Positions 18,723 to 28,089 of a stretch of DNA of 43,228 nucleotides are shown here, piece after piece (within the stretch, counting starts at the first letter, position 1; each line of letters starts with the position of its first letter). Origin of the DNA: Akkermansiaceae bacterium (GTDB lineage: Bacteria > Verrucomicrobiota > Verrucomicrobiia > Verrucomicrobiales > Akkermansiaceae); NCBI GenBank assembly GCA_903930425.1, contig CAIYYV010000216.1, positions 1-43,228 of the forward strand. The letters are read 5' to 3'. The notes beneath the pieces were generated by a model. That model saw only the letters and a program-made list of their open reading frames with translations. It searched no databases and had not been told where the DNA came from. Both the position numbers and the translations under genes were made by a program.

Positions 18723-21700
18723 CTATTCAGTGATCAGCAGATTATCAATCACCAGCGTGCCTTTTTTTTCTTTCTTGATTTTTGAGATGCCAATGAACCC
18801 ATCCTCGTTCACGCCGGTCTTAATGGTCGCCTCGAATTTCTTGACCTGCCATGATCCGTCCTCAATGGGATGCTTTGACTCCACTTTCTGACCCGCAGGC
18901 TCATCATACCCGCTAACGAGAACAAAGCAGTCCGAAGTGTTAGATAGGTAATCAAAACTGACCTTGTAACTCGTGTTTGGCTTGAGCTTCAGCGTTGCGG
19001 GAACCGTCCGATAGAGCATGCCCGGCGCTTCCTCGGCGCGACTCTTCAGGGAAAATCGGCCCTGGATCGTATCATCCGTGTAAGGCGGATTGCTCTCTGA
19101 TAGATGCGTGTTCATCGGGCCTTCCCAGCCATACATGAACGGCCCCCATCCTTCGTCCACATTTTCAAAATCCTCAAACATCACGACTTTCGACAACCCT
19201 GCAGGCGGCCTGCTGATGGCAGTCTTGACCAACCTGACGTCATCGAATCTCACCTTGGCAGAGCCAGCACCCGCTCGCAGTGCGAGATCCACCGTGCCGC
19301 CAAGCGGCGCATAAAACACCACCTTGAGGCGGTGCCAATTGCGCATGTATTTGCTCGATTGATCGGTGAAGTTGGTGAAGCGGGTTTGATGGATGGTGTT
19401 CGACACCGGTGCCATCGAGGCGGCGGCCCTGAGTGGCATCGCTGCAAGAAGCATGTCCAACTCCGCAATTGAGGTGAATGGACGGTCCTTCATCTCAGAC
19501 AGCGCGGTCATGCGAAAGAAGCGTGCCTTCACGGGTCCGGCAAATTTCACGATGGCGCTAGTGCCGGTGCTATAATCAAAATCCCCCTTGGCAACCCGCG
19601 TCCATGACTGATTGTCGAGGCTTAGCTCGGCCTCGAATCCCTTAATGATGCCATTGCCACGATCCTCTCGGCAGGTTTGGGTAAAACCACTCAACACCAG
19701 TTCCTTACCGAAGGAAATCGTCACCTGATGGGGAAAATTGAATGCGCCCTTGGCCTCCACTGAATGCCACAGAGTTTTGGGATTGCCGTCGAGCATGCGT
19801 TGCGGCCGATCCCCGCCAAGGCTCTTGGTTGAGGAAATCACCTTCCATGCCTGTCTATCGATAAACGGTGCCGCAGCAGGCGCGGTAGCCTGAACTGTTA
19901 GAGCGGCCTCCCGTTGCCCGTCAATACTGACCCAGACGGATGCGGAATAGGACTGACCTGGAATGAGATGCGCAACCGTCTGGCGGACCTCCGCCGGCGC
20001 GGAAGAGCCCATCACCAATTCGCTTTGGCCATACTCGTCATGATTTTCAATCACGGCGCTTGCCTGCGGGGTGGTGAGCTTCCAGGCCGAAAACGCATGG
20101 CTGTCGAAACCGGTGTCCTGCACCAATCCGCCTTCGCTCCACCGCATATCAGGCAGTGCGTGCGGGGTTTCCCGATAGAGCACGTAGGGCGTGTTAGGAA
20201 CGATGCCGGTGAGGATGATTTTACCATCGGTGAGGGCGACCTCGCGCTCGAACACGCGCCCGAGATCGGTGAGTCGATAAAGTTCCGCAGTTTTCACACC
20301 ACTCCAGCTCTTCGGTAAATCCCAAGTCGTGTCACCACCCTTGTCGTTCCAATGATAGATCTTCGCTTCGGTGTAGGGGTTCCATGGAATGAAACACAGA
20401 TTGTCCACCGGACGGGTGTTGGGTTTCTCGTAGCGGCAAGAATTGATCAATTGGCCGTCGCGACCGAACACCTTGGACACTTGACCATCCGACTCCGTGC
20501 GGGTGCCACTGTTGAACCATGCGCGGTCCTTATCCTGACGGGTCAATTCGAAATGCTGCAGGTATTTGGTCGGCAGATTGACGGTGTAGGCGGACTTGAG
20601 AGTTTGCAGCATCTTGCGTTCCGCATGCCATCCCATGAAGCCATCGCAGTTAGAGCCGCGCAGCAAAGGTTCGTGCAGGAAGGTGTCTTTCTGCGAGAAC
20701 CAGATGAAGCGCGCGATTTCGCTACGGTCGCCCTTGCCACCGATCTGCTGGGTCCAGTCGTTCGCTACGTGGTTCCAGACCACCGCGCGTTCCATCACAC
20801 CAGGAAACTCAGTGAACTGCAGCAAGCCGTTGCTATTGTTCTTGCTGTGCATCCGCCAGCCCGGCCAACCACGCCCGTAATAGACGTCAAGATACACAAA
20901 ATCGAGCCATGGCAGGTCCTCGCGCATCGCATCCAACCGCTGATAGAGCGTACCGTAAGCTGAATCATAACGATAATCCGTGAGATAGGATTCATCCAGC
21001 CACGACCAGCCGATGGCATTCTGATCCGCGATGTCCGGACTGAAGGCTTTGGCTTCCTTGTGATACTCATGGGCATTGATGTGAACGCCTGACAACACAT
21101 TGAAATCGTGTCCGCGGCGCATCGCAAAATTCAGTTCATCGCGCCCGCCCTGGCGACGGCCGACATTGCCCGCGTAATCCGGGTGCGAACTGTCATGACC
21201 CTCCGATTCATAGCCCTTGTATTGAATGCGTTGGCCCAGACCGTCGGTGAAGAGCCACATCTTCTTGGCGTTGTCGAGTATGCGCAGGAATGGATTCGTC
21301 GCTTGGCTGCCGAAATTCATTGCGATGTGTGCGATCGGGTAGTCCTTGGTTTTGTCGCCACCATAGGGTTGCGGGACATTGCGGCGGTAAGCGATCGCCG
21401 CGTCCTGCCAGGTCACCTTGCCATCTCCGTTGTTGTCCGTAGCCACCACGAGCATGACCTGTGGCGAGGGACAAATCTCGGTGGGAATTTCGCGATGCGT
21501 CCATGTGCCGGGCCCGACGGAAATCGACTGCCGCTCCCCCTCCCCGCTGAGTTTGACAATCATGCGCAGGTTCTCATCCATCACATTGGAATACAGCCCC
21601 GCCGCGATTTTCCCATCACTCACAAAGGCATAAGACGCCCCACGCTCGCCATGGCCGTCGCGGTTCTTCTCCTTGTTTTTTTCGTTATCCTTGAAAGCAA

Positions 21701-22193
21701 TCCCAGAAACCTTGCCAATCAAATCGTGATCGTCGGGGTTTTCCGAGGCATAGGACGCAGCAGCAAAATTGCCGAGCGCCACTTCACTGGCCCCACCTCC
21801 CGCCAGCAATGCCAGACCCGGGATTTTAAGCGTCCGCACCACCACTGGCCCGACCTCACGAATGTTCACCAACGTGACCGTCACCGCCTCACGCAATAAC
21901 AGAATTTTGGCGGTCATCGTGACCCCAGCCTCCTTGAAAAACAGTTCGCAATCAGCGGCATTCGACGCCACGGGCACCCAACGAACCTCCGGTTGGTATG
22001 CCTTGTCGTTGATCAACACCACCGGAACATCGTTCTTCGGCAGTGTCACCGTGTTGCCCTCATATGTGTACGATACTAGCCCTGGAAAAGTTGGCACCAA
22101 ATCCACCTTGAAATCACCGTTCACAAGCTGCCCCGCTTGCAACACCCCCAAAAAACCGAATAAACCCGCTGCCAACCTATGGATGTGTTTCAT
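18723..22193 (-). CDS. Secreted endo-alpha-N-acetylgalactosaminidase (GH101) with an F5/8 type C (CBM32-like) module
   Basis: Signal peptide; TWQDAAIAYR, IAMNFGSQATNPFLR, KGYESEGHDSSHPDY, WSWLD, YLDVY (nucleophile Asp), TEF (acid/base Glu) and LPTKYLQHF; CBM32-like DGNPKTLWHS...SIAEL. Confidence 0.9.
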   Translation of the reverse strand: MKHIHRLAAGLFGFLGVLQAGQLVNGDFKVDLVPTFPGLVSYTYEGNTVTLPKNDVPVVLINDKAYQPEVRWVPVASNAADCELFFKEAGVTMTAKILLLREAVTVTLVNIREVGPVVVRTLKIPGLALLAGGGASEVALGNFAAASYASENPDDHDLIGKVSGIAFKDNEKNKEKNRDGHGERGASYAFVSDGKIAAGLYSNVMDENLRMIVKLSGEGERQSISVGPGTWTHREIPTEICPSPQVMLVVATDNNGDGKVTWQDAAIAYRRNVPQPYGGDKTKDYPIAHIAMNFGSQATNPFLRILDNAKKMWLFTDGLGQRIQYKGYESEGHDSSHPDYAGNVGRRQGGRDELNFAMRRGHDFNVLSGVHINAHEYHKEAKAFSPDIADQNAIGWSWLDESYLTDYRYDSAYGTLYQRLDAMREDLPWLDFVYLDVYYGRGWPGWRMHSKNNSNGLLQFTEFPGVMERAVVWNHVANDWTQQIGGKGDRSEIARFIWFSQKDTFLHEPLLRGSNCDGFMGWHAERKMLQTLKSAYTVNLPTKYLQHFELTRQDKDRAWFNSGTRTESDGQVSKVFGRDGQLINSCRYEKPNTRPVDNLCFIPWNPYTEAKIYHWNDKGGDTTWDLPKSWSGVKTAELYRLTDLGRVFEREVALTDGKIILTGIVPNTPYVLYRETPHALPDMRWSEGGLVQDTGFDSHAFSAWKLTTPQASAVIENHDEYGQSELVMGSSAPAEVRQTVAHLIPGQSYSASVWVSIDGQREAALTVQATAPAAAPFIDRQAWKVISSTKSLGGDRPQRMLDGNPKTLWHSVEAKGAFNFPHQVTISFGKELVLSGFTQTCREDRGNGIIKGFEAELSLDNQSWTRVAKGDFDYSTGTSAIVKFAGPVKARFFRMTALSEMKDRPFTSIAELDMLLAAMPLRAAASMAPVSNTIHQTRFTNFTDQSSKYMRNWHRLKVVFYAPLGGTVDLALRAGAGSAKVRFDDVRLVKTAISRPPAGLSKVVMFEDFENVDEGWGPFMYGWEGPMNTHLSESNPPYTDDTIQGRFSLKSRAEEAPGMLYRTVPATLKLKPNTSYKVSFDYLSNTSDCFVLVSGYDEPAGQKVESKHPIEDGSWQVKKFEATIKTGVNEDGFIGISKIKKEKKGTLVIDNLLITE

Positions 22194-22300
22194 GATTTGA
22201 ACCTAAAAAATTGAGAACCAATTGCCTAACGTGACCAACAAGGTTTGCGGCCAACTGTCCCTTTGACAATCCGAATTCACAGCAAACCCATCGAACGGAC

Positions 22301-22329
22301 ATGGGGTCAGTCCTCGCATGGTAACATTT
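22301..22329 (+). repeat. Left inverted repeat (29 bp); contains the transposase stop codon
   Basis: Exact reverse complement of 23370-23398. Confidence 0.9.
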
Positions 22330-23332
22330 GCCCGAGACTTTGCAGATATTTCCTAACTTCGTTCGCCTCGGCCCCTTGTCGGATCAGGCGGCTTACGGAT
22401 CTGTCATGGCCCATTTCGAGCCGTTTTGCGATCCATTCATTGCGCATGGCGGTATGCGTCCGCAGGAGGGTCGCTAGTGCCACCTTTCGGGGATCGCCTT
22501 TCGGGGCAGCCTGCAACTTGCCCTTCTCATCACACAATTCCAACTTTCGCAAGCCAGCGGCCACCAGCTGCCCCGCCTCCCATTCGCCGTGTGCCACCAG
22601 CGCCTTTCCACTATGACTGCCGCTGGTTTTCAACGACTTATTGCCTTTCTCCACCAAGACCAACAACGAGTCCCGGAACGACTCGTCTCCCAAATACCAA
22701 CCTCGACGCAGCGCTGCGGTCGCTTCCGGCGTGAACTTCCCCCCATTCTCGGCCGCGCGAGCCTCCAGATAGTCCGCATACGCACGCCGACCCCGGGCGT
22801 CCAAGGCGAGTTGGTGCGCCGCCAGCACGCGCTCGGTGACTAGCCATGGTGGAGCTTTACCTGAACGATAGGCAGGCAGACTGCTCCACGGATACGTCGC
22901 AAGCTTGCCGTGATTGCCGCCAGCCAACCCGGCGCGGGCAGCGTTAAGGTGGATGTAGTCGGCCACGACTTTGAATTGCGAGGTGTCCCCCGCGCCCGCG
23001 CCCGCGCCCGCAACCGGCACGGATTTGTAGCGCCCTTGGAACACGTGGCCGCGGCGACTGTGTAGCCGATTCCATGCCTGACTGAACGCACCGAGCAGCA
23101 GATGCATGCCGGAGACGAGGTTGGGCTCGGGCGTTTCCAGCAGTAAATGAAAGTGGTTGGGCATGAAGGTCCAGGCATGCACGCGCCAACCGCGACTGCG
23201 GCACACCTCGCTCAGCCGATGCAAAAACAACAAGTGGTCGTCCTTCACGATGAAAATCGCCTTGCCTCCGTCACCACGGGCCATCACATGATAAATCGCT
23301 CCCGGATACTCGAATCTCAAAGGTCTCGCCAT
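22307..23332 (-). CDS. REP-associated-type tyrosine transposase (Y1_Tnp, HUH) with a C-terminal HTH
   Basis: MARPLRFEYPGAIYHVMARG, FMPNHFHLLL (HUH), GHVFQGRYKS, DYIHLN (catalytic Tyr), YPWSS and C-terminal WIAKRLEMGH...VSR. Start placed at ATG 23332. Confidence 0.9.
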   Translation of the reverse strand: MARPLRFEYPGAIYHVMARGDGGKAIFIVKDDHLLFLHRLSEVCRSRGWRVHAWTFMPNHFHLLLETPEPNLVSGMHLLLGAFSQAWNRLHSRRGHVFQGRYKSVPVAGAGAGAGDTSQFKVVADYIHLNAARAGLAGGNHGKLATYPWSSLPAYRSGKAPPWLVTERVLAAHQLALDARGRRAYADYLEARAAENGGKFTPEATAALRRGWYLGDESFRDSLLVLVEKGNKSLKTSGSHSGKALVAHGEWEAGQLVAAGLRKLELCDEKGKLQAAPKGDPRKVALATLLRTHTAMRNEWIAKRLEMGHDRSVSRLIRQGAEANEVRKYLQSLGQMLPCED

Positions 23333-23369
23333 GCACAAATCCTGCCCTAAACCGGGGCCCAATCAAGGG

Positions 23370-23410
23370 AAATGTTACCATGCGAGGACTGACCCCATTT
23401 TCCCCATTTT
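23370..23410 (-). repeat. Right inverted repeat (23370-23398) plus tandem CCCCATTTT duplication (23393-23410)
   Basis: Read directly: AAATGTTACCATGCGAGGACTGACCCCATTTT-CCCCATTTT. Confidence 0.85.
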
Positions 23411-23572
23411 CCGGCGCGGATATCGCCCCAAGGGTGAGCACCCAAAAGGGGCAGACTACTTATGGCGTGATGGTCGCCGACAAGTTCTGAGCGTTAGATC
23501 CGCCACCCTGTGCACACACCTCTGGAGTTCACGGGACACCGCGTGCTTCGAACGGGATTCTCGATAGTGCCG

Positions 23573-25075
23573 TCACCGCAAACCGAGCGAGTCTGTCAGC
23601 GCCTTGGCGATCGGGTCTAACAACAATGCGGGAAACAATCCGAGGACGACAAGCAACACGGCCGGCACGGCCACGGTCAAAATATGCGCCGGCGACATCG
23701 CGACAAGCGTCTCGCCCCCCCCCTCGGGACCATCCCTGACAAACGCCTGTTTCAAGACGGATAGATAGTAGTACAGCGAGATGGCGCTCATGATGGCGGC
23801 CAAGCCGACCAGCCACGTCAGACCCGGCGCGCTGCCTTGAGTCGTGCCGGCCATGGCGGTGCTGAACAGCGCGAACTTGCCGACAAAACCAGCCAACGGC
23901 GGAATGCCCGCCAATGAGGTGAGAAATACGAGCAGTGCCACGGCCTGCCATGGGGAGCGATGGATGAGACCGGCAAAAGATGCAGGAGAATCATTGCCAC
24001 GATCGCGCTCGACGGCGGCAGTCACCGCCAGCGCACCGAGAGTCGCCAATCCATACACGATCACATAAAACAACGCTGCACCGGCGGACGAAGACCCATT
24101 GGCACTCATCGCCACTAACAGATAACCGGTGTTGGCGACCGCCGAGTAGGCAAGCAATCGCCGCACGCTCGTCTGGGCGAGTGCCAGCACATTGCCAAAC
24201 ACCATCGAAACGGCGGCCAGAACCGCCAACCACGACGACCACCCGCCGACCATGCCACCCCACGCGGCGGAACCGGCGGCGGAGTGAAAACCAATCAGCA
24301 AAAACCGCACGAGCACAACCATTCCCACCACTTTCGAGGCCGCCGCCACTAACGCAACGCTCGTCGCCGGCGCGCCCTGATAGACGTCAGGTGCCCAATA
24401 ATGAAACGGCGCAGCTGCCAGCTTGAACCCCAACCCCACCAACACCATCACCAGCCCGGCCGCCGCCAGCCCGGAAGATGGACCCGCACTCAGCGCTGCC
24501 GCAACACCCGAAAACGTGGACGCGTGCGAAAAACCGTAAATCAAACTCAATCCAAACAACAAAAAAGCAGCCGATACTCCGCCAAACAAAAAATACTTGA
24601 GCGACGCCTCGCTGGCGCGCGCGGTACGCGAAAATCCGGCTAACAGATAGAGCGATAGGCTGGCCAACTCGATCGCGACAAACAAAAACATGAGGTGGTT
24701 CGTGCCGGTGGTCAGGAGCAGGCCGGTCAGCGCGAACAGCATAAGCGAGTAAAACTCGCCGGGTTGCGGGATTTCGCGGCGGGCAGGCGGGAGCAAGACC
24801 GCCAACAACCCGAGTACGAGTACGACCGCCTTGAAGATGCGAGCTAAGGGGTCAATGACGATCAAGGATTTTCCGGAATCGACATCCACAGGGACATAGC
24901 AGAGAGCAAGCGCGGCGAGAACGATGCCGGCGGCCGCGATGGCGATTGCCGAGCGGTTTGACAGGGATCGACTGCATTGGGCTTCGACGGCCACGGCGGC
25001 GGCGAGCAGCACGAGGGCGGTGACTACGAGCACGGCCTCCGGCAGCAATTGCATGATGAGAGCGGAATAGTTCAC
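23573..25075 (-). CDS. nuoN: NADH:quinone oxidoreductase-like subunit N
   Basis: EASLKYFLFG, FKLAAAPFHYWAPDVYQGAP, RLLAYS and SLAGIPPLAGFVGKF. Confidence 0.93.
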   Translation of the reverse strand: MNYSALIMQLLPEAVLVVTALVLLAAAVAVEAQCSRSLSNRSAIAIAAAGIVLAALALCYVPVDVDSGKSLIVIDPLARIFKAVVLVLGLLAVLLPPARREIPQPGEFYSLMLFALTGLLLTTGTNHLMFLFVAIELASLSLYLLAGFSRTARASEASLKYFLFGGVSAAFLLFGLSLIYGFSHASTFSGVAAALSAGPSSGLAAAGLVMVLVGLGFKLAAAPFHYWAPDVYQGAPATSVALVAAASKVVGMVVLVRFLLIGFHSAAGSAAWGGMVGGWSSWLAVLAAVSMVFGNVLALAQTSVRRLLAYSAVANTGYLLVAMSANGSSSAGAALFYVIVYGLATLGALAVTAAVERDRGNDSPASFAGLIHRSPWQAVALLVFLTSLAGIPPLAGFVGKFALFSTAMAGTTQGSAPGLTWLVGLAAIMSAISLYYYLSVLKQAFVRDGPEGGGETLVAMSPAHILTVAVPAVLLVVLGLFPALLLDPIAKALTDSLGLR

Positions 25076-26547
25076 GGTTGGGAGAGGATCGAGTGGAACA
25101 AGGGCGAACGGAGACCGTCATCTATCAAGTCCACCCAGGGTTTCGGATAGAGACCGATCGCGAGGGAAACCGCAATCAACAGCGAGATGGCCGAAATTTC
25201 CGGCCACGTGAGCGGCGCAAGCGGCAAGGCAGTCGTATCAGACGCCTGCCTCACGGGGAAAAAGGCCTTGTGCAAGGCTCGCAACGAAAACGCGCCGGTG
25301 ATGACAATCCCGAGTGCGACGGCTGGCACGAGCCAAGGCGACGATTCCCAGAGACCGATGGCCACCGAGATTTCCGCGACGAAGCCGCTGAAACCTGGCA
25401 AGCCCATGGACGCAGCGGTGGCGAGCGTGAACCCGATGGCCGCGCCGGGCAGGGTGCGCCAGAGATCAAATTCGCGAAGGGCGGTGAGGTCGCGGGTGTG
25501 GGTGCGTTCATAGACAACGCGACCGGCAATGCCGAAGAGCAATCCCGCGATGATGCCGTGAGAAATCATTTGCAACACCGCGCCGCGCAGCCCCCAGTGG
25601 GTGCCCGCCGCAATCCCTAACAACACAAAACCCATGTGACTGACACTCGAATAACCGATCACAAACTTAAGATCCTTCTGCGACAACGCAGTGAGCGCCC
25701 CATAAACAATACCGATCACCGCGAGCGCGGCAATCGCCGGTTTCCATTGCTCAAAGCCCTCCGGAAACAAGGGCAGGGCCACGCAAAGCGCACCATATGC
25801 CCCTAACTTCATCACCACTCCGGCCAGCAACATCGAGGCAGCCGTGGGTGCCGCCACGTGGCCGGTCGGTGCCCAGGTGTGAAAGGGCCACATCCCCGCC
25901 AACACCGCAAATCCCACAAATAAAATAGGGAACGCCCAAGCCTGCAGCGCAGGCGAATAATGCGTGCTCGCCAAATGCGCGAGATCAAAACTCGTCCCGC
26001 CCGACGCGCCATAGGCGACCACCAAGCCAATCAAAATCAGGGCGCTCGATCCGATTGAATACATCGTGAGTTTCATCGCGCCGTATTCCTTGTTCGTGGA
26101 TCCCCAGACGGCGATGAGCAAGTATTTTGGCAGGATCACGATTTCATAACAGACAAAGAGCAGGAACGCGTCGCGGCTCATGAACACGCCATCCACGCCG
26201 CCGATGATCGTCAGAAAAAAAGCGAAAAACGCCCGGGGCCGGCGCTCGACATTCCATGAAAATAGCACCCCTGCCACCGCCACCAACCCAGTCAGCAACA
26301 ACAACGTCAAAGACAAACCGTCGGCCGCAAGATGAAATCGAATGCCCAAAGTCGGGATCCACGCGCGATCAAAATCCCAAACCACAGCATGATTCAAACG
26401 TGCCAGACACGACGCGGCCGCCGCCACCGCTCCTACAAGTGAGGCGACTAACGCAATGATACGCGACACAGCGGCCATGCGCGCGGGTAGCAGGAGCACC
26501 AGCAAAGCCCCGAAAAAAGCGGATAGAATGGTCCAGGCGGGAGTCAT
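25072..26547 (-). CDS. nuoM: NADH:quinone oxidoreductase-like subunit M (second copy)
   Basis: DGLS, PFHTWAPTGHVAAPT, GVVMKLGAYG, IGYSSVSHMG, QMISHG and GLPGFSGFVAE. ATG 26547 overlaps the upstream stop (ATGA). Confidence 0.9.
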   Translation of the reverse strand: MTPAWTILSAFFGALLVLLLPARMAAVSRIIALVASLVGAVAAAASCLARLNHAVVWDFDRAWIPTLGIRFHLAADGLSLTLLLLTGLVAVAGVLFSWNVERRPRAFFAFFLTIIGGVDGVFMSRDAFLLFVCYEIVILPKYLLIAVWGSTNKEYGAMKLTMYSIGSSALILIGLVVAYGASGGTSFDLAHLASTHYSPALQAWAFPILFVGFAVLAGMWPFHTWAPTGHVAAPTAASMLLAGVVMKLGAYGALCVALPLFPEGFEQWKPAIAALAVIGIVYGALTALSQKDLKFVIGYSSVSHMGFVLLGIAAGTHWGLRGAVLQMISHGIIAGLLFGIAGRVVYERTHTRDLTALREFDLWRTLPGAAIGFTLATAASMGLPGFSGFVAEISVAIGLWESSPWLVPAVALGIVITGAFSLRALHKAFFPVRQASDTTALPLAPLTWPEISAISLLIAVSLAIGLYPKPWVDLIDDGLRSPLFHSILSQP

Positions 26548-28082
26548 GGGATCGGGCGGAGTTGATCTAACAGGCGCAACGTGTCGCCATTGATGAATTG
26601 CAGGAGCACCTGGGGCCAAAGGCCAGGGATGATGACCAGCGCGATGGCCGGGGCAAACAGCCAGCGCTCGCGACAGGAAAGATCCGGCCAAGCGGCGAGC
26701 GGGGTGGGCAAAGGTCCGTGAAACACCTTGCGAATCAGGCGGAGAAGAAACACAGCAGTCAGCAACAGCCCAATCACCGAAATGGCGGCGGCCCAGGGCA
26801 CCAACCCGAACACCCCGTTGAAGATGAGGAATTCACCCACGAAACCACTCAAGCCCGGCAAACCTAACGAAGCAAACAAGGCCAAACCGATCACACCCGA
26901 AAACACCGGCATGTTCGCACGTAGGCCTCCAAAATCGTTCAGTCCGCGCAAGCCGCCGCTGCGGTCTTCCAAAATACCGATCCCAAAAAACAGCACCGCG
27001 GCAATCACGCCGTGATTGAACGCCTGCAGCACCACACCTGACACAGCCGATTCGACCGCGACTCTGTCCACACAAGACGTAGCGACCGCCGCGACAGCCA
27101 GCACGCAATACCCGAGGTGGTTGACCGATGAATATGCGAGAATGCGTTTAAGGTCTTTTTGTGCAAGAGCCGCGATGGCACCTAACAGAACAGTCGCAAC
27201 CGCCAGAGCGGTCAACCACGGGGCCAAGCCCGGCAGCACTTCCGGAAAAATCGGCAAGAAGACGCGCAGCAAACCATAGACACCCATCTTCGAGAGCAGG
27301 CCGGTGAGAAGGATCGTGACGGGGGTCGGAGCCTCCGCATAGGCGTCGGGCAACCAAGCATGAAATGGCACCACAGGGATTTTTACTGCCAAGCCGAGAA
27401 ACACCGCCACGGCCACCACCGTGAGCAGCGTGTGGCCGCCAAGACCGGTGGCCCCGAAGGCTTTGACCAAGCCCGGCACCAATTGCTGGTGCGCCGCCAA
27501 CTGGCTGAGCGCCGCAAAATCCATCGTTCCAACGGACATCTGCAAAACGAGGAATCCTAACAACATCGACACTCCGCCGCCGAGGGTCACGATGAAGAAA
27601 CGCAGAGCCGCGCGCGGCGCGCCCTTGCCGCCCCAGAGTCGAATCAGGAGATAGGCGGGAATCAGGGTCATTTCCCAACAGAGAAACCACGGAATGAAAT
27701 GACGCGCGGTGAACACCCCGAAAAGCATCGACTCCATCACAAGGATCAAAGCGCAATACGCACGGTCGCCAAGGTGTATCTTGGACGAAACCGCCAACGA
27801 AAACAAAGTGACACACGAAGTGAGAAACAAAAACAAACACGAGGTGCCATCCACACTGAATGTGAGATGAATGCGCGCATCAGGCATCCACGGAAGCGAC
27901 CACTCGGTCATCACTCCACCGCTAGATCCCGTGTGCTGAAATTCCATGGCTGCTAACAAAACCAGAGGCACCACTGACCACCCAATCGCAAAGCGACCGG
28001 CATGAAGACGACCGAATCCGGGCGAGACCGCTAGCAGCACGGCACCCAGCAATGGAAGTAACAAGAATGAGAGTAACAACAT
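26544..28082 (-). CDS. nuoM: NADH:quinone oxidoreductase-like subunit M (first copy)
   Basis: WEMTLIP, VKIPVVPFHAWLPDAYAEAPT, LSKMGVYG, LAYSSVNHLG and LGLPGLSGFVGEF. Start placed at ATG 28082. Confidence 0.92.
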   Translation of the reverse strand: MLLLSFLLLPLLGAVLLAVSPGFGRLHAGRFAIGWSVVPLVLLAAMEFQHTGSSGGVMTEWSLPWMPDARIHLTFSVDGTSCLFLFLTSCVTLFSLAVSSKIHLGDRAYCALILVMESMLFGVFTARHFIPWFLCWEMTLIPAYLLIRLWGGKGAPRAALRFFIVTLGGGVSMLLGFLVLQMSVGTMDFAALSQLAAHQQLVPGLVKAFGATGLGGHTLLTVVAVAVFLGLAVKIPVVPFHAWLPDAYAEAPTPVTILLTGLLSKMGVYGLLRVFLPIFPEVLPGLAPWLTALAVATVLLGAIAALAQKDLKRILAYSSVNHLGYCVLAVAAVATSCVDRVAVESAVSGVVLQAFNHGVIAAVLFFGIGILEDRSGGLRGLNDFGGLRANMPVFSGVIGLALFASLGLPGLSGFVGEFLIFNGVFGLVPWAAAISVIGLLLTAVFLLRLIRKVFHGPLPTPLAAWPDLSCRERWLFAPAIALVIIPGLWPQVLLQFINGDTLRLLDQLRPIP

Positions 28083-28089
28083 GATGTAA

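Larger units (their letters stand above)
22301..23398. mobile_element. Y1/HUH transposase element bounded by 29-bp perfect inverted repeats
   Basis: ATGGGGTCAGTCCTCGCATGGTAACATTT (22301-22329) is the exact reverse complement of 23370-23398; the repeats enclose a single transposase gene. Confidence 0.8.

Noticed and set aside
22991-23011. (CGCGCC)n hexamer microsatellite in the transposase as a phase-variation switch
   Set aside because: The unit is 6 bp (in frame, encoding Ala-Gly) with only about 3.5 copies, so slippage would not shift the frame.
23480-23500. Integron attC site (GTTAGAT matches GTTRRRY)
   Set aside because: No complementary RYYYAAC box at a suitable distance, no cassette ORF or integrase, and GTTAG is common throughout this window.
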